Under the pieces are notes generated by a model. It was not told where the DNA came from, did not search any database, and saw only the letters and a program-made list of their open reading frames with translations. A stretch of 64,000 nucleotides of DNA from Candidatus Buchananbacteria bacterium CG10_big_fil_rev_8_21_14_0_10_33_19. Its GTDB lineage: Bacteria; Patescibacteriota; Patescibacteriia; 2-01-FULL-39-33. Position numbers and translations under genes: made by a program. Shown piece by piece: positions 59,956 through 64,000 of this stretch (its first letter is position 1; each line of letters starts with the position of its first letter). The stretch covers positions 233,565-297,564 of the forward strand of contig PEZY01000012.1 in assembly GCA_002773855.1 (NCBI GenBank), given 5' to 3'.

Positions 59956-61030
59956 TTTAATGCTTAAAAAGAAGAAAAAAAGGGTAGTAATTGGTATGTC
60001 TGGTGGCGTTGATTCAGCAGTGGCCGCTGCTTTGTTGTTAAAACAAGGTTACGATGTCACTGGCGTTTTTATGCAATTTTGGTTCCCCCAAGGGGTGACT
60101 TATGGTGAAAATCGCTGTTGCAGTTTGGAATCTTTTAATCAAGCTAAAGAAGTGGCTGATAACTTAGGTATTAAAATTCACAAATTAAATGTTGGCAAAG
60201 AGTTTAAGGCTAAGATTGTTGATGAATTTATCAGTGATTATGCGGCACTTAAGACTCCTAATCCCTGCGTCTCTTGTAATAAATTTATAAAATTTGATTT
60301 GTTTTTGAAAAAATCTTTAACTTTATTTGATGCTGATTATATTGCCACTGGCCATTATGCTCAGGTTAAAAAAGTTGGTAGAAAGTTTAAACTCTTAAGA
60401 GGCAAAGATGAAAATAAAGATCAGAGCTATTTTCTTTATAATTTAGATCAAAATGCTCTAAAGCATGTGCTTTTCCCTTTAGGTAAATATAACAAGCCAC
60501 AAATTAGAAAAATTGCTAAAAAAATGAATATGGCTATTCATGCTAAAAAAGATAGTCAAGAAATTTGTTTTGTTGGTAAAAGTCACTCTAGTTTTTTGAG
60601 TCGCTATTTAAATTTAAAGCCCGGTAAAATTGTTGATGAAAATGGTAAAGAAATAGGTAAACATAATGGTTTGCAATTATATACAGTTGGTCAAAGAAAG
60701 GGGATTGGCTTAGCTGGTGGACCGTGGTTTGTTACCGGTATTGATAAGACTAGAAATTTATTAATCGTGACCAATGATCCAGAAAAATCTAAAATATTTT
60801 CACCAGCGTTGCAATGTCATAAGTTAAATTGGGTGGCTGGTGAACCGAAGTTTCCTTTTAAATGCCAGGCTCAAATTCGTTACCGGTCTAAACCAGAAAA
60901 ATGTAAAGTGACTAAAGTTAAAGACGAGATATTTGTCGAGTTTATTAAACCACAAAGAGCGGTCGCAGCTGGCCAGTCCATTGTTTTTTATAAGAAGCAA
61001 GAGGTAATTGGCGGTGGTGTCATAAAATAA
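59945..61030 (+). CDS. mnmA: tRNA-specific 2-thiouridylase MnmA
   Basis: PP-loop VVIGMSGGVDSAV and catalytic Cys motifs. 361 aa. Confidence 0.9.
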   Translation: MVNSLMLKKKKKRVVIGMSGGVDSAVAAALLLKQGYDVTGVFMQFWFPQGVTYGENRCCSLESFNQAKEVADNLGIKIHKLNVGKEFKAKIVDEFISDYAALKTPNPCVSCNKFIKFDLFLKKSLTLFDADYIATGHYAQVKKVGRKFKLLRGKDENKDQSYFLYNLDQNALKHVLFPLGKYNKPQIRKIAKKMNMAIHAKKDSQEICFVGKSHSSFLSRYLNLKPGKIVDENGKEIGKHNGLQLYTVGQRKGIGLAGGPWFVTGIDKTRNLLIVTNDPEKSKIFSPALQCHKLNWVAGEPKFPFKCQAQIRYRSKPEKCKVTKVKDEIFVEFIKPQRAVAAGQSIVFYKKQEVIGGGVIK

Positions 61031-61102
61031 ATTAATTGACAAAATCATAACTATTTTGTATAGTATAAAAGTTTATTGTACTTTAACAAAAAGGAGATAA
61101 CA

Positions 61103-61498
61103 GTGAACACAGAAGACACTAGTCAATTAATAGAATGCCCAGTTTGTTTTTCCAAGACAACTATTTCAGCTGATAATTATGGTGATCAATTGGCATTAGC
61201 CAGTCTTAATTGTTTAGATTGTGGTTTTTCATCTTTGGTCAGTAATTTAGAAGATGAGGAGGTTAGCGATAAATTGATTAAATATTATTTAAGATTGTTA
61301 TTAGACAAAATTATTCAAGGTGAAAAAGCTCGACAAATTATTAATAACAATCCGCTTTTCCCTTATAGTCGATCTGATCAATTAGTAGCTTTGATGGAAA
61401 ATGAGGTTATGCCAGCTATAAATAATCCTCACAATAAATCCATTAAACCTTTGAGTGTCGAGGATGTGGCAACCGTTAAAAGAATTTTAAACCTGTAA
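61103..61498 (+). CDS. Hypothetical Cys4 zinc-ribbon protein
   Basis: CPVCF...CLDCG. GTG start 7 nt after AAGGAG (the track's upstream ATG lacks an RBS). Confidence 0.4.
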   Translation: MNTEDTSQLIECPVCFSKTTISADNYGDQLALASLNCLDCGFSSLVSNLEDEEVSDKLIKYYLRLLLDKIIQGEKARQIINNNPLFPYSRSDQLVALMENEVMPAINNPHNKSIKPLSVEDVATVKRILNL

Positions 61499-61520
61499 TT
61501 TTACAACGGAGGAAATAAAA

Positions 61521-62225
61521 TTGAAAGCTTTAATCTCGCTTATTTTATATTTGCTTTGTGTCGTGACTTTTGTGATTTGTGCTGCAATTTATATTCCTTT
61601 AATTATTTTTTGGGGGCCAGCTAAGGCAGTGTGGTTTCGCCGTTTTTATGGGTGGATTATAATTAAAATGACTTTTAGTCGTTTGATTATTAATAATCAG
61701 CCTTTGGCTAATTCTGGTCCATTTTTATTTGTTCCCAATCATGAATCGTTATTCGATATTTTTATGATCGCAGCGGCTATTCCACAGCACTTTTCGGCCA
61801 TTGCTAAAAAAGAACTTTTTTCGGTGCCGTTATTTGGTTTTATTATTAAAAAAATGGATATCGTTTCTATTGATCGTAAAAATCATGTCAATTCTATGTC
61901 TGGCCTAAATCAGGCGGTTGAAAAGTTGAAAAATGGCACTTCGGTGATTATCTTTCCAGAAGGCACTAGAAGTCGTGATGGTCAGATTGGCGTTTTTAAA
62001 AAAGGCGCCTTTAAACTGGCATTGGATGCTAAGGTTACTATTGTGCCGGTTGGCATAAGTGGCGCTTATGAGGCTCAGCCAGCCAATACTTGGTTAATCT
62101 ATCCTGGCTCTGTTATTGTTAATTTTGGTAGCCCCATTGGTTATCAGGATTATCATCATTTAAGCATTAGTGAGTTATCCGATTTAATTAAACAACAAAT
62201 TATTAAATTATCAAGCAATCCCTAG
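61521..62225 (+). CDS. plsC: 1-acyl-sn-glycerol-3-phosphate acyltransferase
   Basis: NHESLFD (HX4D) and FPEGTRS motifs. TTG start 8 nt after GGAGG. Confidence 0.85.
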   Translation: MKALISLILYLLCVVTFVICAAIYIPLIIFWGPAKAVWFRRFYGWIIIKMTFSRLIINNQPLANSGPFLFVPNHESLFDIFMIAAAIPQHFSAIAKKELFSVPLFGFIIKKMDIVSIDRKNHVNSMSGLNQAVEKLKNGTSVIIFPEGTRSRDGQIGVFKKGAFKLALDAKVTIVPVGISGAYEAQPANTWLIYPGSVIVNFGSPIGYQDYHHLSISELSDLIKQQIIKLSSNP

Positions 62226-62293
62226 GGATTGCTTTTTTCTTGAAAAAAAAGCTTTTTTACAGTAAAATTAAACCAGTTAAAAAATATCTTTAT

Positions 62294-64000
62294 TATGACT
62301 ACTAAAGAATTAAAAGAAAAATATCTTAGTTTTTTCCAAAAACATGATCATCAATTAATTATTGGTTCATCTCTAAAACCAGAGAATGACCCAACTGTTT
62401 TGTTTACTACTGCTGGTATGCACCCGCTAGTACCATATCTTTTAGGTGAAAAGCACCCTAGTGGTCAGCGTTTAACTGATATTCAAAAATGCATTAGAAC
62501 CGGTGATATTGATGAAGTGGGTGACGATTGGCATTTAACTTTTTTTGAGATGTTAGGCAATTGGTCACTAGGTGATTATTTCAAAAAAGAGGCTATTACG
62601 ATGAGTTTTCAATTTTTGACCCAAGAGCTTAATATTCCAGTTACTAAATTAGCTTTTACTTGTTTTGAAGGTGATGAAGAACACAATATTCCTAAAGATG
62701 AAGAGTCAGCCGAAATTTGGCAATCTTTGGGAGTTTCGTCATTAAGAATTAGTTTTTTAGGCAAAGAAGATAATTGGTGGGGGCCAGCTGGCCAAACCGG
62801 TCCTTGTGGTCCAGACACGGAAATGTTTTATTGGGTTGGGAGTGAGCCAGTACCAGAGAAATTTGATCCTAGTAATAAAAACTGGGTAGAAATTTGGAAT
62901 GATGTTTTTATGCAATACAATAAAACAGCTGATGGTAAATATCAGGAACTAGATAAAAAAAATGTGGATACTGGTATGGGTCTGGAGAGAACAGTGGCTG
63001 TTTTGAGTGGAATGAGTAGTGTTTATGAGATTGAACCACTGTCCACTATAGTTTTACAAGTTACTTCTTTGGTGTCAGATTTAGAATTGGCGCCAGAATT
63101 TTCTAGTAGCATTGATTTGACTGACCAAGCTGGTGTTGATGTAGAAAAATCTATTAGAATAATTGCCGATCACTTGCGAGCCGCGACTTTCATTTTAGCT
63201 GAAAATATAGAGCCATCAAATGTGGAGCAGGGTTATGTTTTGCGACGCTTAATTAGACGAGCTATTCGTCATGGTAAGAAGATAGGTATTGAGGATAACT
63301 TCACAAGTAAAGTAGTGGAAGTGGTAATTGATAAAATGGGTGGTTTTTACAAAGAACTCAGGACTCATCGAGATTTTATTACTGAACAAATAGCCAAAGA
63401 AGAAGAGAAGTTTAATAATACTTTAGAAAAAGGTTTAAAAGAATTTGCTAAATTAGGCAAAGATAAAAAAATAAGTGGACAAGAAATATTTAAATTATTT
63501 ACTACCTATGGCTTTCCTTATGAGATGACTGTTGAATTAGCTTTAGAAAATGGTTTAGAGGTTGATATGGAGGCTTATGAAAAAGAGTTTATAAAGCATC
63601 AGGAGCTATCTAGAACCGCCAGTGCTGGTAAGTTTAAAGGGGGATTGGCTGATCAGTCTGTCGAGACCACTAGATTGCACACCGCTGCTCATTTAATGTT
63701 GGCAGCGTTGCGACAGGTTTTGGGAGATCATGTAAATCAAAAAGGATCTAATATTACCGCCGATAGATTGCGTTATGATTTTTCTCATCCAGAAAAATTA
63801 ACCGATGATCAAAAACAACAAGTCGAGGATTTAGTTAATGAACAAATTGGCAAAAAAGCACCAGTAACAATTAAAGAAATGACTGTAGAAGAGGCTAAAG
63901 AGAGTGGGGCTATTGGTGTTTTTGGGGATAAGTATGGGGAAAAAGTAAAGGTTTACACTATGGGTGATTTTTCTAAAGAAATTTGTGGTGGTCCTCATGT
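62294..64000 (+). CDS. alaS: Alanyl-tRNA synthetase (5' partial, continues past the window end)
   Basis: Read directly from sequence (not in the track): MTTKELKEKYLSFFQKHDHQLI..., FTTAGM, DTGMGLERTVAVL, HTAAHLMLAALRQVLG. Confidence 0.9.

Overview
AT-rich (about 35% GC) bacterial chromosomal window with compact, mostly co-directional genes; standard genetic code (TGA is used as a stop). Gene content and style suggest a small-genome, possibly CPR/Patescibacteria-like organism (inference).

Contents in order:
- 130-7071: surface-glycosylation cluster (two GT2 glycosyltransferases, a DUF4012-like membrane protein, a GT4) with a solitary MreB paralog.
- 7163-17637: holB, a BNR lipoprotein, frr, rseP, a short proS, a complete mreB-mreC-mreD-mrdA rod-shape operon, and greA.
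- 17785-23365: an ankyrin-repeat protein, gyrB, and four uncharacterised genes.
- 23433-29410: a textbook heat-shock locus (sigma70 promoter, CIRCE operator, hrcA-grpE-dnaK, two small ORFs, dnaJ).
- 29449-29715: tRNA-Glu(CTC) preceded by a disrupted partial copy of its own 5' end carrying a GC-rich insert.
- 30572-33205: an AbrB-like small ORF, rlmH, an aldolase-like gene, one hypothetical.
- 33300-38450: a MacAB-like tripartite ABC efflux system with two distinct FtsX permeases.
- 38523-50827: rodA, rplY, a DUF3048 lipoprotein; rpmE-prfA-GT2-prmC on the minus strand; rpsB-tsf; gap; three hypotheticals.
- 50920-53668: secD carrying an embedded parvulin PPIase domain, and secF.
- 53965-58418: a sigma-region-4/HARE-HTH protein followed by a membrane protein and a soluble TrwB/VirD4-family coupling-ATPase-like protein with a C-terminal zinc ribbon. 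This is the best candidate for an undescribed translocation module.
- 58428-64000: a lipid-handling block (CarS-like CTP-transferase, DAGK-like lipid kinase, mnmA, plsC) and the 5' end of alaS.

Non-coding signals: a dispersed GGTAC-palindrome repeat family (3 copies) plus a 45-bp direct repeat (2 copies), many rho-independent terminators, and a conserved TTGACA-N17-TAAATT promoter architecture upstream of ribosomal-protein genes.
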